Assembly (NCBI GenBank): GCA_003971905.1
Contig: RSEE01000005.1
Location: 620,001-684,000 of the forward strand
Reading direction: 5' to 3'
Source of the DNA: Moniliella sp. 'wahieum'
Lineage: Eukaryota
DNA: 64,000 bases
In this document: positions 1 through 13,200 of the stretch, one piece after another
Position numbering within the stretch: the stretch's first letter is position 1
How the letters are laid out: each line of letters starts with the position of its first letter
Translations under genes and position numbers: made by a program
The notes under the pieces: generated by a model
What the model was told of the DNA's origin: nothing
Database searches by the model: none
Seen by the model: only the letters and a program-made list of their open reading frames with translations

Positions 1-232
1 AAGCTTGAGGAGGGACTGAAGCTTGAAGAAGCATGGCCAAGCGCACGAGCCATCCTATCGTCATCATGCATCATGCGCGTGCGTCACGCGTCATGCATAT
101 CCATTTGCTTGTGCACGGTGCAATCTAGCTCCAAAATAGAACCCCGCGATTACATCATCGCTTAATTAGTCCCAACTCGCTCGCCTTCTTCGCCGTAAGC
201 AAGCAACGACACTGCTTCTTGTTGCCACCATC

Positions 233-990
233 ATGTTCTCTCGTTCTACCCTCGCTGCTATTCGCCCCTTGCTGCCTCCGCTGGAGTGTGTTGGGTACCT
301 CCGCCCTGCGTGCCTGCATCCCTGCAGCTCGCCCTGCCTTTTCGGCTTCCTTCCACGGTTCAGCCCAGGCCGGGCTGCAAAGCACGCGCAAGACTTGTGC
401 GGACGACGACGGACGAAACGGCTGCTACGCCTGAATCCCCTCCTCGCGTGGAGCCGAAGAACGTGCATGAGCACCCCCGATCTGGATTGAGATGTGAACT
501 ACGAGACGCTGGGCCAACTGTGTTGACCCCTGTTGAGGGCGGTGAGGGAGCCAAGTTGGAAACCAGCATCGCCCTCATCGACTTTTACGCCGACTGGTGC
601 GGGCCCTGCAAGGCGCTGTCGCCCTTGCTGGAGAAGCTTGCCAAGGAAGAGGGATTGGACACGACGTCATCTCGCTCGATGTGGACAAAAACCCAGAGAT
701 TGCCCAGGCTTTCCAAATTACGGCGCTGCCGACGGGTATGGCCTGTACCCAGAACAAGCCGGTGCGACGCTGTACGTGCCCTCCCGCCTACCACATCTCT
801 TCCAGGTTTGAATCGGACTTGCTAACCTGTTGGATCTCGCATTCGTCCAAGGCCTCTGCCCGAAGAAGCTTTGCGCCAATTTGTTCAGGACCTTCCTACT
901 CTAGCTGCTGAGGACGCTAAGGCGGAAGAGGCCCTGACCGCTGCTGAGGCCGACGAAGCTGCCTCCGAGTCCGGGCCGACAAAGCAGTAA
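233..990 (+). CDS. Thioredoxin, probably mitochondrial (frameshifted in assembly)
   Basis: LIDFYADWCGPCK active site at ~574-612, then DVISLDVDKNPEIAQAFQITALPT in the next frame. N-terminus MFSRSTLAAIRPLL resembles a presequence. Intron GTACGT..GCTAAC..AAG at ~772-851; stop TAA at 988-990. Confidence 0.85.
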
Positions 991-2646
991 TGTTTCCATC
1001 TCTCAGTGCACCAATTAATCTCCCTTTTTGATCCATGCATGTACAGTCTCTGAAAGTGGGCATATACGTAGCTCGGCATAACCCGATCCAAGTAGCCCTT
1101 CTCCCCAATTTTTGCGTCCCCCCCGTGCCTCAGCCGGATGTTCATCCTGCTGGCAATCTGTCTCTGGGGGTCATATTATGCTTCTGAGTTGTGGCCCCAC
1201 AAGAGGCAGGGAAAGGTATGTGAACTATTCCACTCCATTGCATAATCAACGTTCAACGCAGTCAACAAAGCCAGGGCTGGGCTCAGTCAAACCTTGTTGC
1301 CGAAGCACACTGAATGGCGATGAAGCCGAAGCTTGCTCTGTGGGGCTACCTCAAATTTGTTGGTGCCTCATCGCCAAACCCATTGTGCGCGTTGCAATGT
1401 CTAAGATAGAGCTGAAAGAGAAGCACAACGATTCCACTGATGTGACGCCACACTGGAGTAGTGTCACCGGCAGCTCCAGTCCGGTCGACCTCTGGCGGTG
1501 CATTCCTTTCGGGAAGAGTATTCCTTACTGGAGGCCACAGGAATACTCTATGGCCTGTGTAATATACAATAGCTCATGTACAATAGACACCAACTACCAT
1601 ATCTGTCAGTCTGATTCTCGAGTTCCTAACAAAATTGAGAAGGTCTAGGTGTGGAGCTACAGACTGTTCTGAAGTTCATCCACAGCGTGTGGCGTATCTG
1701 AGGAGATAATAGGCATTTAACGATGTCCAACATCCTGCTTTATTCCCCTGACCTTCTATATATACTTTCCTATATATACTTTTCCTTGTCGACGCTTGCG
1801 CGTGTGGACCATAGGTCAAACTAATTGGCCTCGACTTTGCATCACCTAATACGGGGGCGGTCTGTGGATTGCCCAGCTCTGTGTGGGCCAACAGATGCAA
1901 AAAGAGGATCGACCTAGTATCGCTCTCTATTACGAGGAGGGGAAAAATGGTCGTACATGTGCTGGCTGTGGCTGCTGCGTTGCTGATGTTCCTGTCGATC
2001 ATGGTTGAGATCCTGGGCCATATATATACTCCACCGTGTGGCGCGGGTGGCTGTGCTGCGGTCGCAGCAAGTGTCCCATAGGGTAGTGTAGTGAGGAGTG
2101 TATGGAGAATGTCGATGATGGTTGCTGCTAGGCTATTCTGCAAGGGCGTCCGCCATCAGCCATCAGCGCCATCAGCACCGCCAGCGCCCCAGGCCGAGGG
2201 CCGACGGCAGTTCCCAGGGGCTGCGTCGCTAAAGACAGCGGAGAGTGCACGCGATGCTCTTTAAGGCTTACGCCTCGGATATGACTGCTGCGCTTGGCGG
2301 CGGGCGGCATCCCCCCCTCACAGGCCCCCACTGGCCCCACTGGCCCTGTGCCTGCGCTTGCTGGTCGCCTGCCTACAACTCGAAGCCAGGAGCAGGGCCA
2401 TGCCCCCGTGCCCCCGTGTTATATATAACACAACCCCGCCGGCTGCGGCGCCGCAAGCGCATGCAGCGGTGTTTTGGGTGCGCTGCTACAGCCTTGCCTA
2501 GCCTTGCCCTCCACCTGGGTCTTCTCTTCCTCTTACTCTGTCGCCATCGCCACCGCCACTGCCACCGCCACCACACCTACCACCCCCTCCTTGGCCCCGT
2601 GTGCCATAGCACAACGCCTCCCCCATTTACCTATTACCGTATTAAT

Positions 2647-5600
2647 ATGGACGGCGCCACCCCTGCGCCCGTACCATCCGCCACGTCCTCCAAGCCGCTC
2701 AAAAACCCATGCTCTCCATACCAATCCAGTCATACCCTTCCTCCAACAAGCCGGCAGACTCTACCGGGACTACCTGCACCTTGGCTCAATTCTCCGCCCA
2801 TGCAGCCCTTTCTTCCAGCTCCATTTCCCGCTCCAGCAGCAGCTCAAGCTCCACTTCGTTTGATACCTGCCAAGGGGATAGTCATAATCGGGATCCCGAC
2901 AAAACCGACACAAGTTGTGAAGCGAATCCTTCACCTCCCTCCCAAGAACCTTGTTGTAGAGACACTTTCAGGTTCAGTACAAGAGCAACAGACTACCCGG
3001 GATGTATACCCCCCATTGAAGTTCCGCTTGCAGGCTCAGCGTTGGCTGTTCTTCCTACCTCGCCTATCATTGCTGACGGTCTCACATTGAACGGGCCTTC
3101 AATGGTCTCAGAGGAACCGGCCGCCGACTTTCCCACATGCTCCTCTCATCACACATCTACCATCCGCGCCCGAAGATCATCAGGTACCACTAAGGACTCC
3201 ATCTATCCACCATCAGTACTCCCCCTCCGGCGCGTTTCCACTCCCACTGCACCACCCAAACCTTCTCAAACTCTGGATAAGAATCCATCACCTTCACTGC
3301 CGAAAACAACTGATTTCCATCAGCTCCATTTTCTGGGCAAGACCTACCACAAAGAGCGGACCCTCTTTGTTTTCTGCCGAAGCGGACTCACTCAGTTCGA
3401 AACAGTGCCATCCCTTGGACCTTAACGACACTCTAAACGACCCAGTAGTGATCCCCCTATCGATGACCGTTCGCGGGTGACGGCACAACGCTTATGGTAT
3501 CAGATCCGTGAATTAGTCGACACCGAGCACACTTATGTGAGGGACCTTATGGCTTTGGGTTATATCTACCTTCCGCGTCTAGCGCATCAGCCTTATTTAC
3601 CGCCGGTTCCAATAATTCTTCAGCATTAGGGCAAAGCAGCTCCACCTCCTCTCCCAGTCTCAGCCAAGGGTATTTTCCTTCACCTTCACCGTTACGGTCT
3701 GGACTCTCTGTGCTGACCTGTCCGTCAAAATGGAACGATTGGGGCCCTCCGGTTCAAGCAAGCGAGGAGGACGTATGCAAATACCATCGCCATCACAAGG
3801 TGAGGTAGTAGGACCGGTTGGAAGCCGCATCTCTAAATTAATGTCCCCCATCTCCCCTTCCAGCAGTAAGGCCCGTATGGAGGGGCGCAACAGTCGCTGC
3901 GACTTTGATGATAATGGTCCTGGAAGTCTTGTGGCGACATGCTCCATTCTGAACGATGAGAAACATTCTCTCCTGGCTACAGTTCAAGGGGCTTTGGAAG
4001 AACTTCTCATTACCACAAGATGGCGGCAAACTGTTTACAGGAATTGTGGAACATCCATGGGCTGGATAATGTGCTTCAGCTGCTGGACTCAAGACCGTCC
4101 GCCACTACTCTCTCCTCATTCATCCCCCAATGGCGTACAGCCTTCTGCGTTTGGGGTGAAAAAAGACGAAGAACATGGTGCGGTTCAACCTCAATCGTCC
4201 ACCTTGCCCTCTGTTCCTCTCTCATCGTCCACGGCACTCGCAGGATTTCGAGAACGACGGAAGACATTGCCGGCACCGCCTACGGTGCGTGCAGCATGCA
4301 ATTGGAAGCTGCTGCCGTTGATATAGCGTCTTTTTTGCCGATCAGTTGGTATGTATCTCTATTTTTCCCCTTCGGTTCCACCTCCCGACGACAACACCGC
4401 GTACACCCTTCACAGATAAAAAAACTGACATCTTTTCCTTACACACTCTCTCTCTCTCAACAACACACTTTATAACTCAACTGACATTTACGCCCTTCTC
4501 AGTACCCTCACTTTGCAGTGTACCAGGCATTTTGCAGCATAAACCGAGACTTGTTACCATTATCAACGCCTCTAAAGAGACCGACACCCGAACTCGTGGT
4601 TGGTGTATGAGCAACAGTGCACTCGAGCATTGATTGCTTCGTCAACGCTAACACTTACATGTACTGCTCCAGGTATGGAAGAGGATCCAGATGAAACCGT
4701 CGGTATGCCGGGAAGCGATAGCTGGAGCCGCAGTGGGTCCAAGCGCCGAAAAGTATGTTGTTTTGGCTGCGACCTAAGCCACCTTCTACTGTGACGGAGG
4801 AGGGCTGTTCAGGTGATGCTACTACCAACTCAACAGCCCCTTCGACTCCAAGTGATCATAGCCCCATTTCTGTCCCGTCCGACATTCCCAACTCTACACA
4901 CTCTGGTCAAAAACCTGCGAGCCCTCACCGCTCCCACTTCCTTCGCTTGTCGCGATCCAAAAAGGGCGGCAGTCATCCCACAAGGCACGCTTCTCGATCA
5001 AAAAGTGTGAGGGATATGCAACGAGCAAGGAAAAAGGAAGTACCTCCCCCAATTCCTTCGTCCGTGTCCTTTTCCACGCCGCGCGGGAAGATGCTCTCTC
5101 CTCCCCCCACTCCTTCGAACGCCGAAAAACAGTCCCTTCCTGTCCTCTCTCACCCCCACCATCACCCTCGGAAACGGCACAGATGGAAAACATGATGGCG
5201 TTGGGGCGTCGCAAAAAGTTACGGTTGGACGATTACTTGGCTCGGCCGCATCAGCGTGTGGGGCAGTACTCGCTGATGCTGGCCAACATGGTCGAGCGTG
5301 CGCATGGGGCCAACCTGCCCCGTGGAACGTATGCTGGTAGCGTACTGTTGCAGGCCAGACTCGTCACTGATGCGGCTGCCACCGAGGCCAACAGACATTC
5401 AGGCCCTGTTGCATTATCCCCTCGTGCAACCGACTCTTCCCCCCTGGGCAGCAAGAAACATTCATTTTCTTCTCTGGTAGCGTCCCCGATCACTAACAAC
5501 TTGGTGCCGTCCCTTCCGGCCAAGGCAGCGGTACCTTCTGAGACAGCTTCTCTCCCCCTCAATGGCCTCACTCGCGTCCCGACCACATCTACTACTATCA

Positions 5601-6886
5601 GTACCGCCCCAGCTTCACCCAGGACTTATACAACCCCTACCACAAAGGAAACTACGTCTGCACTTGTTTCTGATATTCCTGAACTCTCTTCTCCCCCAGA
5701 GGGAATCAAAAAGGATGCCACATTGGCACCCCGCTCACCAACTGAGCCTCACGGTCCGATCTTGGCCACCAACAAGGAGGCAAAAGCACCATCAATCACA
5801 TGCTTTCATCCTTTAAGCGCAGCGAACCGGGAGACCAGCCAGATGGTACCTCCTATCCCCGTCCCGGCTTCCACAAGTACCAGTATGAAGCCGAAGGCAC
5901 AACCGAAACAGCCTTCTACCAGCCTTGTTGGATTGGGTGCCCTGCCGTCCGCCCTCTTCGATCGCCTCGTCGAGGCAAGCTTCTCCTGATCCCTATACCT
6001 CTTCAGACCATCCGTACCGGCCGTACCGACGGGACGGTGGCAGAAGTAACCCAGACGAAAGAAACAATTCTCCCCGCAAACGGACCAAAAGAGCGATGCG
6101 GCAACTCTGCCTGTCACTGCAGCGCATGTGCTCCAGCATGCCTCATCCCCAACTCGCTTGTCACACCGCAGACCGAGGGATGGGATGATTGGTCCCGACA
6201 GTGTGCTGGAACCGTTGGATGCGTGCGAAGAAGCGGCGTTTGCACCCATGGTCCACCTTCCGTCACCATGGCTTCTTGTTCCGGACCGCCTGTCATACAC
6301 GCCCCCAATTGGCCCCGGGGAAAGAAGAGGATCCGGCAGAAAGCGAGTGGCGAGCAGGGTAGCCACCTCACGCGATGAAAAGGCACCACAGACTGCACAC
6401 CACGGGTCTCTTGGTTCGGCTTTAGGTTCAGAAGGACCAACTAAAAAAGCGCCTCAAGGCGCGTCAGCATCATTTTCTAGCCTCATCCCGCCACCCCCGG
6501 ACGCCCTCCTTGCTTTGCCTGCTGACATCCCGGCGCAGACCCCACACCAACGCAAGCGGTCCCGCACTTTGAATTGGGGCCCTGGGTTCACGGGAATGGT
6601 TGCACCCTCGTCTCCTGCTCGATCCCTTAACGCGCTGGCACCGAAAAGAGAGATCGCATCAGTCATTGGTTTAGAACGGTCCGATGAACTATATCCCTCC
6701 TTCACATCTCCCAACTCCCCTTTGCTTGCCTTTGACCGCGGCCAACCACATATTCACTTCTTCCTCCTGCCGTGCGTATTCTTTTGTTGTTTTGGGTCTC
6801 TTGTACCGGACCTACACCTTATAACCCTTCTTGTTGCTTCTCGGCTTTTATCCCCCCTCCCCCGTTCGCATTCTCTTTGCCTTTAA
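2647..6886 (+). CDS. Dbl-homology (RhoGEF) domain protein with long Ser/Pro-rich regions; ends approximate
   Basis: Manual translation at ~3486-3580 gives QRLWYQIRELVDTEHTYVRDLMALGYIYLPRL (DH CR1). FAVYQAFCS at ~4512. KKLRLDDYLARPHQRVGQYSLML at ~5213-5282 (DH CR3). Intron GTATGT..CTGAC..CAG at ~4349-4502. Confidence 0.7.
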
Positions 6887-7699
6887 ACAATGTTACGTTC
6901 ACTGTGCATCAATCTAGTGACGTCCGTCGCCCCCCCCCCGCAACGACAAACGATACGAACGTACAGGGGTGTGCGCTGTTTGTGTGTGTATATATCAAAA
7001 AGTGCATATTAGCCTGGTACGACAGATGAATCGGATGTGGTTTTGGAGATCCGCGTATCTACTACGACTGACGGTGGTGTGGCGGTGTCCGCGGAGGAAC
7101 AGAGAAGCATTGCTATGTCCAGACTAGACAACTAGTCTACATTCAGATCTACATTTCTCTGGGTTGCCACGGATGTATCCGACCCATCTGGGACGGACTG
7201 TTTGACAAAACGTGACAAGTCTGTGACCCCCAATGACTCTAGTGACTGCTGGCCTTCCCTGGGCGTGCCCTCTCCTACCACCACGAAAAACACCCCTCTT
7301 ACATCATGTTCCCCGCTTTCTCTACTGTAGTGTTTGGCTGTTGTGACTGAAGAATGACGGATCGGACTACGCCCCTGGACAAGCCAGAGCCAAAGCCCGG
7401 GCCAGATCCGGACCGGGGTTCCAGTTACAAAACGATAGAAGGGTGGATGGATAAATGCGAGGAGTACAGGAACGCACCCTTACTTCCAATAAAACCAAAG
7501 GAGCCCAGAACCAGAGTCCATTCTCAGGGCAGGTAAGAATGCAGATATGACAACAGAGGTGTGTCCGTCGCCGCGAGCTAGGGACATCTATCAACGTGGG
7601 ATACACTTCGGAACAGGTCGGAACGAGGGGGCGGCACGACGGCGGATGGGAGAGGAACGCGGGAGGGAGGGAGACGACGACGGGGGCCAAGGTACTGTT

Positions 7700-9373
7700 C
7701 AAGAGGCGATTTCCATTACGCTTGTACGCCCCCGGTCGGTTTGGCTTTGGGTTGGGAACGAGTGGTGCGACCCGGCGTTTGAACAGCTTGCTCAGCCCCG
7801 AGGGGAAGGGGAAGAGAGGGGGGGGGTGGCCGCAGCTGGTGGGGGCTCTTGTCCTTGTTCTTGTTCTTGCTCTTGTTCTTGCTCTTGCTCTTGCTCTTCC
7901 TCTCAGTGGGGGTGGGGGGCGAGCTGGCCAGACCTCGTGGCGCAGGCGCGGTGGGGCTTGCGAGCGGGTAGCTGAGGCAGCAGGGCGGGATAAACTGGGA
8001 CAAGGGGGGTGCGAAGGCGGAAGTGGGTGGTGCGGTGCCCATGGCAACCGACAAGGGAGAGAGGGCAAGGGAGTTGGGTGGTTGAAGTTGGGTGGGAGGG
8101 TTGGAAGAGCTACTGGGCGAGGAGGTGGGTGGAACAAGGACGCTAGCAAGCGCAGGCACTGCCAACCCTTCCTTTCCGTCCTTACAGGGCACTGCCAGGG
8201 GGGGACGGAGAGCTCAGTGTGAGGGGTTGCTTCTCCCCCGCCCATGCCGAGAGAGCCACGGGAGGTATTGGACAGGCCTTGGGAGACGGCTTGCGATGGC
8301 GCCTGCGATGATACGGACGATTGATGCGACGTTGAATGCGCAAGGACGCGGGTGACACTGCGAGGGCCACGGAAGGGGACGAAGGTGGCTTGGACGGTGT
8401 CGGCGACGGAAGCGGCGATGGCTCGTCCTGTTTTCGCCGCAGACCAAAGACCCCACGACGCGCCGCCGGCCCGAGGTGGCGACAGAAGTGGTGGAGCGAT
8501 TGGCGAGCCGGTTGGACCACGACCCGCTCCACCGAAGGTGACGACGCTGTAGCGACCTGGACAGCGTATCGGGCAAGTTGGCCTGGCTGGCCGAGGGGGT
8601 GCCGGCACGGGAGGCAGCACGGGACCCAGCGTGGGAGGGGAGCGGATTGGCTAAACGGAGTGGACCAGGCGGACTTTTGGGAGGAACCGCCACCGCCGCT
8701 TCTTGGACGGGGTCATGAAGCGGCATGCTCATCACTGCTCGCCGAATCTGGTGCACATCAGCCGAGTGACGCGCCTCGCTCGGACGAAGTGGGGAGGACT
8801 GACCATGTGGCTCGCACGTTCCTTACCCTTACCCTTGCCCTTGCCATTGTCCTGTGGCTCGTTCTCCTACCACGGGAGGCTAAACTCGAGGCTAACGGGG
8901 AGCCGGGGTCGAGGGGCAAGCGCCGGCCCAGGGAGGGATAGGGGCCACGCTGACGGGCACCACATCGGGGCCCATCCAGTACCCCGCGCGGGCGGGAGAG
9001 GAGCGGGTGGTGCGCGGGAGAGAAGAGCGGGTGCGGAAGGAGAGGGCGTCCAAGCTGCGTGTTTCGGGCGAAAGAGTAGGGCGGGCAAAGCAGCGTGGGG
9101 CGAGGCAGAGGTGCTGGCGCGGGGGGATCGGGAGCGGAGGTGGGTGTAGGCGGCGTTCTCGGCGGCGAGTTCGCAGGCGAGCTGGTCGATCTGGCGCGTG
9201 TCATTGTATCGGCGGCGGCGGGGGGTGGTTGGTACTGGTGGGGGCAGCGGGCCGGGGAGGGGGAGGCAGGTCGTCGAGGGGCGAAGGGGCGGGGGGGGGC
9301 ATGCTGGCGTGCAGCGTGGGGAGCAGGTACGACGCGTGCGGGCCGGGGCGGGTGGGAGGCGCTGGGAGCCATG
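7700..9373 (-). CDS. Hypothetical Pro/Ser/Arg-rich protein (frameshifted; boundaries uncertain)
   Basis: Chain of overlapping minus-strand ORFs starting MAPSASHPP after a C-rich leader, with one globular-looking stretch (RRYNDTRQIDQLACELAAENAAYTHL). No family recognised. Confidence 0.3.
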
Positions 9374-10271
9374 GGCGGAGGAGGGGGCAGCGAAGGGGGT
9401 CTGCTGGAAGTGGAGGTGATCTGTGCGATGTTTCTGTTGCTGCCCTGCGTCCTGGGTCTGATTAATGAGCGCTTGGGTGCGCCGCCACAGCCCGCGTGAA
9501 GCTGCACTGGGAGCGTGAAGCTTGAAGCCTGGGCCGCAGTGCAGGGATCGGCGGATCGGCGCTGTGCGCACGCGTGCGCAGCGGGCCTGCATCATCGATC
9601 TGCATCACCCGTCGCGCATCGCCATGGAGCCGCAGCACTGGGCCCGTGCTGTGCCGCAGCTGAAACGGGCCGTGCCCGCTTGGCGCCACTGTGGGTGCGG
9701 AGGCTGTCCCCCATGCGCCCGTCTGCGTCTGGTGCGGCTCCGCGGGGCGGGCACAGCGCCTGTGCTGGACGGCGGATGGGGCCGGCGGGGGCCGGATGCA
9801 GCCGCAGATTAAGCGCTTAAGCGCTTAAAGCTTAAGCACTGGAGATCGGAGATTGGGCGCAGACAGACGCAGAGCCACAGCGCTGCCATCGGCCCATCTC
9901 CTCTGCACAGGCCAGCCGACTGGCTCGCACCCTTGCGCAGCCCCAGCATTGGACGGATGCCACCCCACCTCCATCTTGCGCGGGAAAGATATGATACGCC
10001 TGCGGATGTGGGACAACCAACGTCCTGCGCTCTTCGTTCGACCGCAATGCCTGTCATCCTAACATCTCCACGCTGCAACAGGAAAAACAGTGCTAAAAGA
10101 TCTGTTCCAACCATACGCAAGGGAAAACGTTGAATCCATTTACAGTTGTTGTGGGCAGAGAGGGCCATCGCGATTGCCAATCAGACCCAAACACATCTTG
10201 CTGGCTAGCAGCAACAGAGAGAGCAAGAGCGGGGTGCTAAGAACCAATCAGTTAGGCTTGTTGCAGCAACT

Positions 10272-13200
10272 CTACCTCCTTGCTCGTCCAGGGGTAGTGC
10301 GCTTGGGGATCGAGCCGGCCCAGGGCAAGCGGCTAGAGCCACGGAGCTGCTCGTCGATCGCTTGCGCGCACGCCCGGCCTTCGTGGATGGCCCACACCAC
10401 CAACGACTGGCCCCGACGAGCGTCGCCGCACGCCCAGACGCTCGGCACCGAGGTGCGGAATGGACTGGCACCCTTCGAGTCGGCAGCCAAAATGTTCGAG
10501 CGGGCATCCTGCTTGAGCGCCAACGACTTGATTGCCTCATTCTCCGGACCCAAGAAGCGAGCGCCAGCAGACACAAGTCACACGGCCACCGCTTCTCTGT
10601 GCCGGGCACCTTGTTCATCTGCCACTTGCCGCTCGCGTCCTTCTCCCAGGCAACCTCAACCGTGTGGACAGCGACCAGGTTGTTCTCCGCGTCCTTCTCA
10701 AACTTGGTCGTCGAGATTTGGTAGTGGCGCGGGTCTTGACCATAGTGGTCCGTCACCTCAGTGTGGCCATAGTCGGTGCGGAAGATGCGAGGCCACTGGG
10801 GCCAAGGGTTGTCGCGCGCGCGCGACGCTGGCGGCTGGGGCAGCAATTCAAAGTTCACCGACGGCCGCGCGGCGGACGGAAGTACCAATGCAGTCATTGC
10901 CCGTGTCGCCACCACCAATGACAATCACATTCTTCCCCTTGGCATTGTAGAAGTTGCCGTCCTGCAGCCCCGAATCCAACAGCGACTTGGTGTTGGCACC
11001 CAAAAAGTCCATCGCGAACAGCACCCCGTTCGCATCGCGGCCATCCACCCGCAAGTCACGCGGCCAGGTGGCGCCCGTGGCAAAGACCAGTGGTCAAACT
11101 GCTCAGCGAGCTCCGCCGCATCCACGTCGCGTCCCACCTCGACGCCACACTGGATATCCACACCTTCGGCTTGGAGCAGCTCGGCACGACGCATGACCAC
11201 TTCCTTGTCCAGCTTCATGTTGGGAATGCCATACATGGCGAGACCAAACGGACGGTCGGCGCGTTCAAAGACAGTGACCGAGTGACCCGCCTTGTTGAGT
11301 TGATCGGCACATGCCATCCCAGCCGGACCGGAACCGACAATGGCCACCGTTTGCCCGTCCGGTGCGTCGGCGGCTGCGGCTTGACCAGGCCCAGTTCAAA
11401 CGCCTTGTCAATGATCGCTCGCTCCACCGTCTTGATGCCTACGGGCGATTATGATGCCCAACACGCAAGCGCCTTCGCACGGGGCAGGGCACACCCGGCC
11501 GTAAACTCGGGGAAGTTGTTGGTGGACATTAGCTTCCAGTACGCTCTTCCCAGCGACCGTTGAACACCAAGTCGTTCCACTTGGGGATCACATTGCTGAT
11601 CGGGCAGCCCGTGTCAGATTGGCAGAAGGGCACACCGCAGTCCATGCAACGCGCCGTTTGCACCTTCAGCTCGGCATCGGTCAGGCGTTGGACAACTCCT
11701 TAAAGTCCTTGGCGCGCACGTTGGGTTGACGGTACTTCTCCGCGCGACGACGGTACTTTTTGAACCCACGAAGCTTGTCCAACTTGGCTAGCGCCGTCTT
11801 GGCCCTCTCGGCATCCAGCAATGCATCTTCAATGTCCACTTCGGCCGGCTCGGCCTTGGCGGCGGCCGCCTTCTCTTGCTCCTGCTGTTCTTCCTCCAAC
11901 AGGCTGACTTGAGAGCTGTGCCGCGACAGGGTACCCAGCAAGTCGACGTGGCTCGAGCGTTTCTTCTCGGCCGCAGCCTTGGCCGCCTCCTCCTCCAACA
12001 CACGCTTGTAGTCGTATGGCATGACCCGCACAAAGCGCGGCAAAAGATGATGGAAGTCGCGGATCACATGCTCGGCCACCGTCGAGCCCGTGTAGTGGCG
12101 GTGGTTCTCAATCAGGTTGCGCAGCTCGGCAATCTCGTGAGGGTCCTTGACCGGGCCCAGCTCAACCATCTCGGTGTTGCACCGCGAGTAGAAGTCGCGG
12201 TTCATGTCCAGCACATATGCAATGCCGCCACTCATTCCGGCCGCAAAGTTGCGCCCAGTGCTGCCCAGCACGACGACGCGACCACCCGTCATGTACTCGC
12301 ACCCGTGGTCCCCGACTCCTTCCACCACCGCATGCGCCCCTGAGTTGCGCACCGCAAAGCGCTCGGCGGCAATCCCACGGAAGTAGGCATTTCCGGTCGT
12401 TGCTCCATACAAGCACGTGTTGCCGATCAGAATGTTCTCCTCTGCCTTGAACGCCGAGTTCTTGGGAGGGTAAATGATCAGGCGGCCGCCCGACATGCCC
12501 TTGCCCACATAGTCGTTCGCATCGCCCTCCAGCTCGAGCGTGATGCCCGGCGCCAAGAACGCACCGCACGACTGACCCGCCGATCCCTTAGCATTGATGT
12601 GGATCGTGTCCCGCGCCAAGCCCTCCTCGCCATACAGCTTGGAGACACGGTAGGACAACGTGGCCCCCAGTGCCCGGTCGGTATTGACCACCTCGCAATC
12701 CACTTGGACCGGCAAGCCCTCCATCAACGCCGGCTCAGCTTCTGAGATGAACTTGTTGTCCATCCGTACGTACAGGCGGTGGTCCTGCTGACGCACCTTG
12801 TACGTCGCCGCACCCGGACGCAGCTCATGCGCCGGCTTAAGGATCGCGCTCAGGTCCAGCTTGGAGGCCTTGACGTTGCGGCCCGTGTAGTCAGTCTTGA
12901 GCAGATCCGACCGACCCACCATCTCATTGATCGTCCGCAGCCCCAGCTTGGCCATGATCCCCCGCAGCTCCTCGGCCAGGTAGTAGAAAAAGTTGATCAC
13001 ATGCTCCGGCTGGCCAGCAAACTTTTCACGCAAGTCGGGGTCTTGGGTCGCAATGCCCACTGGGCACGTGTTGAGGTGGCAGTTGTGGGCCACCACGCCA
13101 TCGGCCAGCTGGAAGTGACCGCCCGACACTTCCACACCACGGTATTCCCGCTCGCCGGCCAACTTGGCCAACGCAAACGGCGCCACCTCCAGCTCCGTCG

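Noticed and set aside
7847..7897. Simple microsatellites (CTTGYT)n; also (AAATG)n at ~24024-24053 and (GGGAT)n at ~29736-29800
   Set aside because: Ordinary slippage repeats with no further structure.
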